DNA of 64,000 nucleotides from Amoebophrya sp. A120 (lineage: Eukaryota > Protista > Dinoflagellata), in assembly GCA_905178155.1 (NCBI GenBank), contig CAJINV010000004.1, forward strand, positions 1,713,929 through 1,777,928, read 5' to 3'. The position numbers were made by a program, and so were the translations under genes. Shown in pieces: positions 1 to 9,237 of this stretch; position 1 is the stretch's first letter; each line of letters opens with the position of its first letter. The notes beneath the pieces are model-generated. The model saw nothing but the letters and a program-made list of their open reading frames with translations, ran no database searches and was not told where the DNA came from.

Positions 1-810
1 GGCCTAGGGCTTTCGCCCCTTGGCCGCACGGTGTCCGGGAAGCGATTACAGCTGGCCCCTAGGCCATGACGCGGGGACCGAGTCCCCGCGCTGGCCTAGG
101 GCTTTCGATCGCCCGGCCCCTCGGGCGCACGGTGTCCGGGAAGTGCTTACACCTGGCCCCTAGGCCATGACGCGGGGACCGAGTCCCCGCGCTGGCCTAG
201 GGCTTTCGATCGCCCCTTGGCCGCCCGGTGTCCGGGAAGGAGGCGCTTAGCTACAGCTGGCCCCTAGGCCATGACGCGGGGACCGAGTCCCCGCGCTGGC
301 CTAGGGCCTTCGCCCCGTGGCCGCACGGTGTCCGGGAGCGAAGCGCTTACAGCTGGCCCCTAGGCCATGACGCGGGGACCGAGTCCCCGCGCTGGCCTAG
401 GGCTTTCGCCCCTTGGCCGCACGGTGTCCGGGAAGCGCCTACAGCTGGCCCCTAGGCCATGACGCGGGGACCGAGTCCCCGCGCTGGCCTAGGGCCTTCG
501 CCCCGTGGCCGCACGGTGTCCGGGAGCGAAGCGCTTACAGCTGGCCCCTAGGCCATGACGCGGGGACCGAGTCCCCGCGCTGGCCTAGGGCTTTCGCCCC
601 TTGGCCGCACGGTGTCCGGGAAGCGCTCAAAGCTGGCCCCGAGGCCATGACGCGGGGACCGAGTCCCCGCGCTGGCCTAGGGCTTTCGCCCCTTGGCCGC
701 ACGGCGTCCGGGACGGAAATGGTCACAGCTGGCACCTAGGTCATGGCGCGGGGACATAGTCCCCGCGGTGACCTAGGGCTTTCGATCGCCCCTTCGCCGC
801 ACGGTCTCGC
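1..810. repeat. GC-rich tandem satellite, ~92-104 bp unit with an internal hairpin
   Basis: Unit (gctggcccctaggccatgacgcggggaccgagtccccgcgctggcctagggc...) starts at 51, 152, 256, 352, 444, 540, 632 and 728 (degenerate); periods alternate 96/92 bp. Confidence 0.95.
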
Positions 811-867
811 GTGACTGACAGACTGGGCTTCGGGTCCAAACCCGGCATGACAAAGTCCGAAAGGTTG

Positions 868-1160
868 GCCGGGGTGTGTCCGAAAGTCTGCCCGGGGTGT
901 GTCCGAAAGTCTGCCCGGGGTGTGTCCGAAAGTCTGCCCGGGGTGTGTCCGGGGTGTGTCTGGGGTATGTTCGGACTTTTTGCCTGGGGTATGTTCGGGG
1001 GTCTGTCTGGGGTATGTCTGGGGTTTGTCTGGGGTGTGTCTGGGGTATGTTTATACCCCACCTGTTGGCTTTTCGGCATAAAATTGTAGTCCGCCCGTGA
1101 TTGAGGAGCATTTGCATACCCCTGACACACCCCCGAACATACCCCCGAACATACCCCTCG
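868..1160. repeat. G-tract minisatellite (21-bp and 11-bp units) followed by inverted C-rich copies
   Basis: ccggggtgtgtccgaaagtctg x3 and ggggt(a/g)tgt(c/t)y repeats at 868-1052; reverse-complement copies ccccgaacata at ~1115-1158. Confidence 0.85.
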
Positions 1161-1201
1161 CATGCATTTTTGACCAGCTGCTGCAGTTTAGATAGTAATC
1201 C

Positions 1202-1352
1202 GTCTGGCATGACAGCAAAAATCTGTCATGCGCAGATAGTACGTGAAAACGCCCCTTAATGGACCCTACGATGCATGCCAAGCATGACAAACGCAATCAT
1301 CTTGCATGTTGCGCATCACAAATTTACACTAGCAGCGTTTTTTTCTTGGATA
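1202..1352. mobile_element. Truncated introner, family D (left end missing)
   Basis: Reverse complement of part of the 33918-34126 element; ends ttttttcttggata. Confidence 0.75.
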
Positions 1353-1419
1353 CACCGGTTGCTACGGGCGGTTGGTGCCGGACGACCGGTTTGACACCTT
1401 TTTGCTCACTTCCTGCCGA

Positions 1420-1688
1420 TATCAACTGCAAAAATCCCTGGATGTCTGGAAGAGTCGGGGCTTCTCATGCACATTTTGCATGACCCGTGAGGTCTGTGAT
1501 GCTGGGGCTAGCATCCATTACAGATTTTTTGAGAGCGTCTTGATGCTAATTACGCATTAGAAATGTTGCCCTCTCTGCGTGCCAAGAGCTGACTCCTCTT
1601 GCTGCTCATGCAACACAGACATTTTTAGAATCCGCAGACAGCATTACAAGTTCCACTCTTCCAGACCCAGGCACTTTTTCAATCCATA
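1420..1688. mobile_element. Introner family A (TIR tatcaaatgcaaaaatgtctgggtctggaag)
   Basis: TIRs; DR gccga/gccga; frame restored. Confidence 0.9.
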
Positions 1689-1852
1689 GCCGACGCGCCC
1701 TGCCGAAGACGCAGGTGTGCCTGACCAAACTGGAACACGGGCAGTACTGTCGCGCACCCATGATCTACACGGGCAAAGCCCGGACGCCGGCGGAGTGCGC
1801 GCTGCACATCCGGAAACAGGGGAGTAAGTTCGTGTACGGAGATTTCGGGCCG

Positions 1853-2098
1853 TATGGCGTTCTCAAATGTCATATTTTCAACTGTTAAGTACATGATTTG
1901 TCATGCAAAAACAAAATCACATATCAGAATCGACACGATCAAGCTGCTTCGCATGACAGATTCTCGAAGAGCCAAACAGGTTGAGAATCTGCGCCAAATC
2001 TGTCATGCAAGACGCGCAAGATCACCCCTTTGACTTTTGCCATTCTTGCATTACAAATTCATGTAACAGTTGTTCTTGTAGCATTTGAGAACGCCATA
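1853..2098. mobile_element. Introner family C (TIR tatggcgttctcaaatg)
   Basis: TIRs; DR ggccg/ggccg. Confidence 0.92.
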
Positions 2099-2200
2099 GG
2101 CCGGACGCCGGAGGTTGTTACGAACTGTTCGACGACGGCGGTGAAGGGGTTTTGACGTCATTGTCCACAAGAACCACATTATTCGGTGGAGGTGGTGTTG

Positions 2201-2317
2201 TATCCAGGAAAAACACCCAGCGGCCCCATCCAATTTGTCATGCAAAACATGCATAAACTCCTGCGTTTGATGTCATGCAGAAAATGGATGGGGATCATGG
2301 GTGTTTTTTCATGGATA
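2201..2317. mobile_element. Introner family D (short subfamily)
   Basis: tatccaggaaaaacaccc/gggtgttttttcatggata; DR decayed; GT-AG register 2197-2318. Confidence 0.8.
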
Positions 2318-2401
2318 GGGTACTAGCACAAATTCCTACTCCGCGTCTCTCTTCGACGAGCCGGATGAATTCGCGGACTCTTCGTGCACTCTAGGCTTAG
2401 C

Positions 2402-2524
2402 TATCCTGTGCAAAAGTATCGTACCCGTATTGCAGGCATGCATTACAACTTTTTTTCTCAAGGTAAATCTGCATTACAAATTTTATTTCTCATGCTGAGG
2501 AATGCGATACTTTTGCAGTTCATA
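2402..2524. mobile_element. Introner family B (TIR tatcctgtgcaaaagtatcg)
   Basis: DR ttagc/ttggc. Confidence 0.88.
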
Positions 2525-2568
2525 TTGGCGCTAGACGTACATTACGACATGTACCGGGTATCAGACTG

Positions 2569-2804
2569 TGTAGGCATGCAGATCAAATCACCATGTAGAG
2601 CTCATGACACGCTGCAAACACGATGCAAATCCCACCTGAAATCCACGATCTGAAATCACATCCAAGAGCGAAGAGCGATGCAAATCGAGAGATGATGATG
2701 TGATGATGATGATGAACTTGTTCCTTTCCCCAATGCAACAGTAACGTGGACATACTAGCAGTAGGGTGCACACCGCCCTACATGGTGGTTAGTGTGTTCT
2801 AACA
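2569..2804 (+). repeat. 5' LTR
   Basis: tgtaggcatg...ttctaaca; first 182 bp identical to the 3' LTR. Confidence 0.95.
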
Positions 2805-2822
2805 ATCTTGAGCCCTGTGCTT
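2805..2822 (+). promoter_or_regulatory. Putative primer-binding site (internal/half-tRNA type)
   Basis: atcttgagccctgtgc directly abuts the LTR; no TGG (CCA complement); tgagccctg resembles the complement of the tRNAiMet anticodon arm used by Ty5/copia-type elements. Confidence 0.45.
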
Positions 2823-2939
2823 AGAGAGCTAAACCCCCCGGGTTTAGTTATAATTTTTTTGTTTATCCCCTTGAGTTTTACACTTGGACGCGCCTAGTTT
2901 TAGACTTTGAAAAATTTCGAAAAACTAGGAACCACAAAC

Positions 2940-5900
2940 ATGGCCACCGGCAACGAGAAGGATCCCCCGCCGAAGATGGCCACGAAGTTGGAGGCGGCGG
3001 AAGATTGGGCGCGCTGGAGTTTTGACCTCTTCCGCATCTTGGAAGGGTACCCGCGCAACCCGCCCCCGACCTCCACCGCCGTCGGCGCCTCCTCTTCTTC
3101 CTCCGCCCCGTCCTCGGGAGCTGGTACAGCCTGGAAGGATTGGGCCGAACTTTATGCGGATTACCGGAAGGATATCGCTAGCGGCACGGATATCCCGACC
3201 GCCTTGGCGAAAATCGAAACCGCTCCCAGTTGGAACAGCTGGACCGCGAAACCGCTCGCCGCCATGATTTCGCAAAGTTGTGGACCGGACCCCCACCAAA
3301 TTTTGCGCGCGATCACCGGCCCGCAGCCTACGCACCTGCTTCGCATGGTTTGGGCGCTCGAAAATAAGTACGCCAGTCAGAAGATGGCCACCCGCTTCGC
3401 TGCTGTCGTGGAACTTATCCGCATGCGGATGAACCCCGGCGAGTTTGCGGACGAATACGCTAACCGCGTGCGCGCTGTCTTCCGCGAGAAGCTTGGCGGA
3501 AAAATTTTGCTGCCTGAGTTCTTAGCCGGCTGCATTTTGTCCGGACTTCCCGACAACTTCGCCCCGACCGTTGCCACGCTCATGGCCAACGAGGTGACCG
3601 ACGCCGACCGCATCACCACCACCCTCCGCGAGTTCCAGCGCGTTGCCGGCGAAACCAAGACCGAAGACAGCAAGGCCAACAGCGCCAAGGTTGTCGCCTT
3701 GGAGAAGAGCCAGGAAAAATTGCGGAAGGAGTTGGCAAGCGTTAAGGCGATCGCCAACAAAGGCAAAGGCAAAACGCAGAAGCCGGAGGACACCCAGAAG
3801 GCTAAGCGCTGCCAATTTTGCCGGCACAAGGGCCACGACGTGAGCGAGTGCCGCAAGAAGAAGGCCGCCGACGCGAAGAAGACCGCGAGCGGAACCCCGC
3901 CCGGCACCGGTAAGAACAAGAAGGCAGGAGCGAACTGCGCGCGCGTTTTCCCGCTGCAGGTCACCGCCGAGGACGAAACCACCAACAAGCGCCCGCGCGC
4001 CCGGTCGGGTTCTTTGTCTTCTGTTGCCTCCCTGCTCTCCTCCTCGGAATCCCAGGAGCAGACGACCGCGAGCAACACCAAGAAGGCAAACACCAACAGC
4101 GCCGCCGCTGTTGTCGTCCACACCGCCGAAAAGAAGACCGCGACCGCCCCCGTCCAGCTTCCGGAGCTGAATGGGATCACCAACGGCGTCACGGTGGGAA
4201 AGAAGAAAAACACGCCTTGGGGCTTGTCGGATACCCTGCCCATGTTTGTGCGCGAGCACGAGCATCGGATGGCCACCGATGAGAACTATGCGAGAAAGGC
4301 GGTCGAGTTGCCTTACACTCTTGCAGGAGAAAAGGCGGAACAAGTTCGAAAGTTCTACGAAACGCGTCAACCACAGCAAAACAAGAACAGTGTGAACCAG
4401 GGATACTGCGAGCGTGCTCCGCTCGGTGTGCGTTCTCCGCACCTAAAAACAGTCAATTTTTACTTGGCCAGTGTTCTGCTCGCTCTGCTTCTGTCGGTTT
4501 TGTGGTTCTTCGTGTTTGTGTGTTTTACGTTTTTGAACTGCCCCACCCTCGTGATTGGAAGTCCAATCTACCGATTTACATCGTGTCTTGCGAAAGCTGC
4601 GACGCAAATCTGGAATCTTTTCGGTCCCTGCCCCCCCAAGATTTTGAAGAAATTCGGAATCTCACTCCCCCGGAATTCTTTCAAGAAATTGAATCCCAGG
4701 AGGTTGCTACGACTTCCCTCGTATGCCGCCGGTTGTGCCGCGTATACGAGTCTTCCGAACGTCCTTAACTCCTCCAGGCACGCGCGCGCGCACTTCGTGC
4801 AGCAGCCGAAAGCCAAGGATGGACTTCGAGTTTTGAAAGTCATCACGGACAGTGGTGCTACCCACCACATGTTCCCGCATGAGTCAATGTTTGAGAGCTT
4901 TACAGGAGAAACCGTGAGTCTCACAACAGCTGACGGCGAATGCTCAGAGCCTGCGAAAATCGGAATTCTCAAGCCCAATAACTTGGGTGCCCGGGTTGCG
5001 TTGTACCACCCTGCGTTGCAGGTTTGCCTGCTTTCTGTCGAAACGATGGCGCAGGATGGTGGATCGTACTACCACGCGAAAGAAGAACGATGGATCCAGG
5101 ATGCCTCGGGCTATCGCCACACGGTCAAAATACGCCAAAAGCTTCCTTGCGTGGGTTTCTACCTCTTGGAAGGCGAGGCGTTGGCGAACGTGATTGGAAA
5201 CCAGAACTCCTGCTCCGCCTTGCGGTTACACCAAAGGCTTGGGCATTTAGGAGTTCAAGGCATCAAGGTTCATTGCCCTGACTGCGCTGTTTCTAAGTCC
5301 TATGGTTCTCAACAGCATCGAAAGGTCCGCCCCGCGACCTATCTCCACAAGGAGTGGATGGACCAAGTTGAGACGGATTTCTTCTCCGGAGGATTACCCG
5401 CTTCCATGGATGGGAACACAATCTGCATTACGCTCCGGGACTCAGCCACAGACTGGCTCGAACCTTGGGGCATTACAGACAAAGCGCAATGTGGCAAGGT
5501 CCTTCGGGACTTTGCGACACAGGTCGGGGTCCCCAAGGTCGCTCGTTGTGACAATGAGCCCGTGCTCAAAGGCATGGAAGGACCATGGAAAGAAGCCTGT
5601 CGGGAAATCAATTGCGTCGCTGGCCACAGCGTTCCACGAGAGCCGCAAGGCAATGGGAACGTGGAGCGCTGGCACAGAACCCTTGGGGACGGTCTTCGGG
5701 CCAACCTTCAAGGAGTAGATCCCCGGCTCTGGGATTGGTGTGCGCGCTACGTTGCGTATGTCAAGAACCGAGTGCAGCGGAAAACCAAGTTCCCCGCCCC
5801 TTTCTACAAGCGTTTTGGTCGTCAGGCTGATGTCAAACACCTTCGCCGCTTTGGGTGCGTTGCGTACGTTCGCAAGCACATTCCAAGCGACAAAGCCGAG

Positions 5901-8369
5901 AGCACGAAGTTGGTTGACCGCTATGAAAAGGGAATCTTCCTCGGATACTCCAGGGAGTCAAGCTCGTACGTGGTAGGTGTTTTCCACCATGATGCACGCG
6001 CAAAGAGCGGCCAGAGATGGACGACAGTCGAATCTCGGTCGGTCAAGTTCGACGAGGACACGTTAGTGCCCAACGTCAACGCCCTTCGGAAACCGGATAA
6101 AGAACCGTCGCAGAGGCAAGCCCCAAACGCCGACGATTCCGCTGGAGCAGTGAGAAGCGATTCCGATCGCCTTCGCGCCGCGCTTGAGGAAGTCGAAAAG
6201 CGTTGGAAGCAAACTTCTGAGGGGGTTGAAGAACCGGCTCTGAAACGGAGAAAAACGGAGTCGCCCCCCCCGGCGCCGGAAACGGCCCAGGGCGGAGACA
6301 AAGAAAACGAGTCTGCCGGAAGTCCCACCGACGGCGACGGCCGTGGTGCGGCGCCCGCAGATGGTCCCGCGCAGGAAGGAGGAAACTCAGCTCCTGTCGC
6401 CCCACAAGTTGCGCCCCAGGTAGCGCCGCCGGACGTTTCAAAGTTGATCGATGACGACCTCAACCCCTACACGTTAGTGGAAAAAGACGGCGTCACCATC
6501 AAGAAAAGAAACCGTCGCGGACGGCCCAAGGGCCTCACTCGCGCACAATGCCCCCACTGGCGTAAGCCCGGTCGGAAGCCCAAGCAGCCAACAGCTTCGG
6601 ACCTTGTGCAGCCCCTTCGAGATCAGCCCCAGGGCAATGGCGCAAAAGCAATTTTTGAAAATGAAGTCGCTAGTGCGTTTGTTGCTTCTCGAGTTTTTGA
6701 TCAAGAGAAGGATGGCGAGGCGATTTGTTGGACAGTACAAGTCACCAGGGTGGAGGCGTTTACAGGACCAGACGCCGCCAAATGGCTGGAAGCTGATACG
6801 CTAGAGCGTACACAGCTAGAAGCACTTAAGTGCTGGAGGCCGTTACAAGATGGCGAATTCGGTAAGGACGACGAGATCATCCCGGCCGTTGTGATTTACA
6901 CTCGCAAACGGTGCGGAAGATTCAAGGCCCGCCTTGTTGCACTCGGAAACCGCCAGACGAAAGTCATGCGCGCCGAAGTGTTCTCCCCGACCGTTTCCCA
7001 TGCCGCGACCCGCACCCTGCTGGTTGATGCCGCCGCTTCGGCTAAGTTCGTTGAACAATTCGACATCTCGAATGCGTTCATCCGTTCTGCCTTAGACGAA
7101 TCGGATAGAGTCTTTGTTCGCTTACCCAAACACTGGAGCACGGATCCCCGTGGCGACAAAGTCAGACTTTTGAAATCCTTATACGGACTCAAAATCGCGC
7201 CACGCAAGTGGTATGATACGTATGCCGCGTATCTTCTGGAAGACGGCTGGAAACGCTGCCCCCAGGAACCCGGACTATTCAAGAAGAATGGGCTGACGCT
7301 GGCCATCTACGTTGATGACTCTCTCATCTCGGGCGAGAATTTCGACGAGGTGTCCGCCGCCTGCGCCCGTATCCTTGGTAAGTTCGAAGGCAAACTTATC
7401 CCCGCAGAGAAAGAAGGCTCTTTCGATGTTCGGGATATCCTTGGCGTTCGTATGCGTTACGATCGGCAACGGAAGACCTTGCGTCTTGATTTGGAGAAAG
7501 CCATCAAGAAGCTTGCGGAAAAGTTCAAAATCGACGCTGGAAAGCCACTTTCCACGCCGTGCGTTTACACCGACTTTGATGAAGGAAAGCCGCTGCCGGA
7601 TTATCCGCTGCGTAGCCTCATCGGGGGACTGCAGTACATTGCAACCATGGCCCGCCCAGATTGCATGTTCGCAGTGAACAGGGTCGCACGAGCTCAAGTC
7701 AAGCCTACAGCTTCTGTCGTGACAGCGGCAAAGCGCGTAGTCAGGTACTTGCTGCAGACTTCCCATGTCGTTCTAGAGTACACACCGGAACGGGAGCGGG
7801 AATTTCGCAAGCAATATACTGAAGTGCTTGAGGAGCAGAATTCCAAACAGTCCCTCCCGGATTTTGTAGGATTCAGCGATGCAGATTTTGCTGGGTGTTC
7901 CGTCACCCTCCGCAGCAGCAGTGGAAGCATTCTCTTTTTCAGGGGCATGCCCATCGCTTGGTCTAGCAAGCGCCAGACACTTCGCGCATACTCAACATGC
8001 GAGAGCGAGTACATTGCCCTCTTCGACACGTTGAAGCTATCGCAGGCTCAGGGGTATCTGGAGTGGCTCGATGAAAATCAGTCTCTTCCCGGTATTCTCT
8101 TTGTGGACAACAAATCTGCAATCGAAGTTGCGCGCTCGGAGTTACCAACCAAGAAGACGAAACACTTCTTGCTCCGTTTTCATGAAGTCAAGGATCACGT
8201 CGAAAACATCGCGCACGTACCCACCGGCGTGAACAAGGCTGATCCCTTGACCAAACCAATGGGAAATCCTTTGCTGTGTTTCCACGCGTGCGCCCACCCA
8301 TCTATTGACTTAGATGATAGCAAGATAGGTCTGCCGGCTGTCTACGCCGCTTCGGTTTTCGAATCGTAG
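2940..8369 (+). CDS. Copia Gag-Pol polyprotein
   Basis: Zn knuckle CQFCRHKGHDVSEC; protease ITDSGATHHM; HQRLGH..CPDC; integrase RCDNEP/GNVERWHRTL; RT FKARLVA, FDISNAF, KSLYGLKIAPRKW, YVDD; RNase H FSDADFAG, STCESEY, VDNKSA, ADPLTK. Confidence 0.97.
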   Translation: MATGNEKDPPPKMATKLEAAEDWARWSFDLFRILEGYPRNPPPTSTAVGASSSSSAPSSGAGTAWKDWAELYADYRKDIASGTDIPTALAKIETAPSWNSWTAKPLAAMISQSCGPDPHQILRAITGPQPTHLLRMVWALENKYASQKMATRFAAVVELIRMRMNPGEFADEYANRVRAVFREKLGGKILLPEFLAGCILSGLPDNFAPTVATLMANEVTDADRITTTLREFQRVAGETKTEDSKANSAKVVALEKSQEKLRKELASVKAIANKGKGKTQKPEDTQKAKRCQFCRHKGHDVSECRKKKAADAKKTASGTPPGTGKNKKAGANCARVFPLQVTAEDETTNKRPRARSGSLSSVASLLSSSESQEQTTASNTKKANTNSAAAVVVHTAEKKTATAPVQLPELNGITNGVTVGKKKNTPWGLSDTLPMFVREHEHRMATDENYARKAVELPYTLAGEKAEQVRKFYETRQPQQNKNSVNQGYCERAPLGVRSPHLKTVNFYLASVLLALLLSVLWFFVFVCFTFLNCPTLVIGSPIYRFTSCLAKAATQIWNLFGPCPPKILKKFGISLPRNSFKKLNPRRLLRLPSYAAGCAAYTSLPNVLNSSRHARAHFVQQPKAKDGLRVLKVITDSGATHHMFPHESMFESFTGETVSLTTADGECSEPAKIGILKPNNLGARVALYHPALQVCLLSVETMAQDGGSYYHAKEERWIQDASGYRHTVKIRQKLPCVGFYLLEGEALANVIGNQNSCSALRLHQRLGHLGVQGIKVHCPDCAVSKSYGSQQHRKVRPATYLHKEWMDQVETDFFSGGLPASMDGNTICITLRDSATDWLEPWGITDKAQCGKVLRDFATQVGVPKVARCDNEPVLKGMEGPWKEACREINCVAGHSVPREPQGNGNVERWHRTLGDGLRANLQGVDPRLWDWCARYVAYVKNRVQRKTKFPAPFYKRFGRQADVKHLRRFGCVAYVRKHIPSDKAESTKLVDRYEKGIFLGYSRESSSYVVGVFHHDARAKSGQRWTTVESRSVKFDEDTLVPNVNALRKPDKEPSQRQAPNADDSAGAVRSDSDRLRAALEEVEKRWKQTSEGVEEPALKRRKTESPPPAPETAQGGDKENESAGSPTDGDGRGAAPADGPAQEGGNSAPVAPQVAPQVAPPDVSKLIDDDLNPYTLVEKDGVTIKKRNRRGRPKGLTRAQCPHWRKPGRKPKQPTASDLVQPLRDQPQGNGAKAIFENEVASAFVASRVFDQEKDGEAICWTVQVTRVEAFTGPDAAKWLEADTLERTQLEALKCWRPLQDGEFGKDDEIIPAVVIYTRKRCGRFKARLVALGNRQTKVMRAEVFSPTVSHAATRTLLVDAAASAKFVEQFDISNAFIRSALDESDRVFVRLPKHWSTDPRGDKVRLLKSLYGLKIAPRKWYDTYAAYLLEDGWKRCPQEPGLFKKNGLTLAIYVDDSLISGENFDEVSAACARILGKFEGKLIPAEKEGSFDVRDILGVRMRYDRQRKTLRLDLEKAIKKLAEKFKIDAGKPLSTPCVYTDFDEGKPLPDYPLRSLIGGLQYIATMARPDCMFAVNRVARAQVKPTASVVTAAKRVVRYLLQTSHVVLEYTPEREREFRKQYTEVLEEQNSKQSLPDFVGFSDADFAGCSVTLRSSSGSILFFRGMPIAWSSKRQTLRAYSTCESEYIALFDTLKLSQAQGYLEWLDENQSLPGILFVDNKSAIEVARSELPTKKTKHFLLRFHEVKDHVENIAHVPTGVNKADPLTKPMGNPLLCFHACAHPSIDLDDSKIGLPAVYAASVFES

Positions 8370-8767
8370 TCCGTCTTCCGCGTGTCACACTCGAAGGCTG
8401 CACATGCCTGCGGAATTGTGTAGGATTCTAGTGCCCGTCTGATTTTCCTTCATCCGCGCCCAAAACTTCGACAAGTTTCTGAGGGGGGGAGGTTTTTCAT
8501 CAGTTTCGTGGTTCTTCTTTGTGCCGTAGCCATGAGAGATTGCTTGTCGGTCTCGTCGTGAGTGAGCCAAAGACGCTAGATTTATGTTTGCATTTGGAGC
8601 GAACCATCATCGTAGCATCGGGATTCAGTGGATTTATGCATCACGGTGTCGCTTTCTAGGATTTTGCAATGCCTATTTTCTATACTTCTGTGACTATCCA
8701 CTACACCAATATCGTTCCATCCTGTCACTAGGGGGAATGTAGGCAAGTGAATAGTCATGAGGGGGAA

Positions 8768-9004
8768 TGTAGGCATGCAGATCAAATCACCATGTAGAGC
8801 TCATGACACGCTGCAAACACGATGCAAATCCCACCTGAAATCCACGATCTGAAATCACATCCAAGAGCGAAGAGCGATGCAAATCGAGAGATGATGATGT
8901 GATGATGATGATGAACTTGTTCCTTTCCCCAATGCAACAGTAACGTGGATGCTAGAACTTGTAGGTTGTCTACCGGCCTACATGGTAGTTTTAGTGTTCT
9001 AACA
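8768..9004 (+). repeat. 3' LTR
   Basis: Preceded by the PPT, followed by TSD gactg. Confidence 0.95.
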
Positions 9005-9237
9005 GACTGCGAATTCGAATCCAAGTATCGAAGGAAAAAAGAAAACCATACACAATCGTATCTATCAGTCTGCTCCATTTTTTTTTTTTGGAAAACGAAA
9101 TAAACGTCACCAGTTCTTGCATGCAGTAGGTACTACACATCACAGCATGGTGGAAGATTGATCCGTCAACATGCACGGCAACTGTCTTCCTGTAGCTCTT
9201 GCCAAACGAGGACCTGCAAAATGGTGTTTGACTGATT

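Larger units (their letters stand above)
1353..2568 (+). pseudogene. Introner-containing gene of unknown function, 5'-truncated and interrupted by the Copia element
   Basis: Removing the elements at 1420, 1853, 2201 and 2402 gives an open frame ...LLTSCRRALPKTQVCLTKLEHGQYC...GDFGPDAGGCYELF...LALDVHYDMYRVSD; the frame resumes C-E-F-E-S-K after the TSD at 9005-9009. Confidence 0.6.
2569..9004 (+). mobile_element. Full-length Ty1/Copia LTR retrotransposon
   Basis: TG...CA LTRs at 2569-2804 and 8768-9004; 5-bp TSD gactg (2564-2568, 9005-9009); PPT gagggggaa before the 3' LTR; single gag-pol ORF in PR-IN-RT-RH order. Confidence 0.98.

Noticed and set aside
1-810. CRISPR-like array or hammerhead ribozyme satellite
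   Set aside because: Linkers are near-identical rather than unique spacers, there are no cas genes, the context is eukaryotic, and no CUGAnGA core is present on either strand.
228-1210. Repetitive ORFs in the satellites
   Set aside because: By-products of GC-rich tandem repeats.
3377-8148. Long antisense ORFs within the Copia element
   Set aside because: Shadow ORFs of a GC-rich coding strand with no motifs.
8523-8533. Dinoflagellate spliced-leader relic (gccgtagccat); weaker look-alikes near 25272 and 50565
   Set aside because: Only partial matches to DCCGTAGCCATTTTGGCTCAAG, none upstream of a start codon; compatible with chance.
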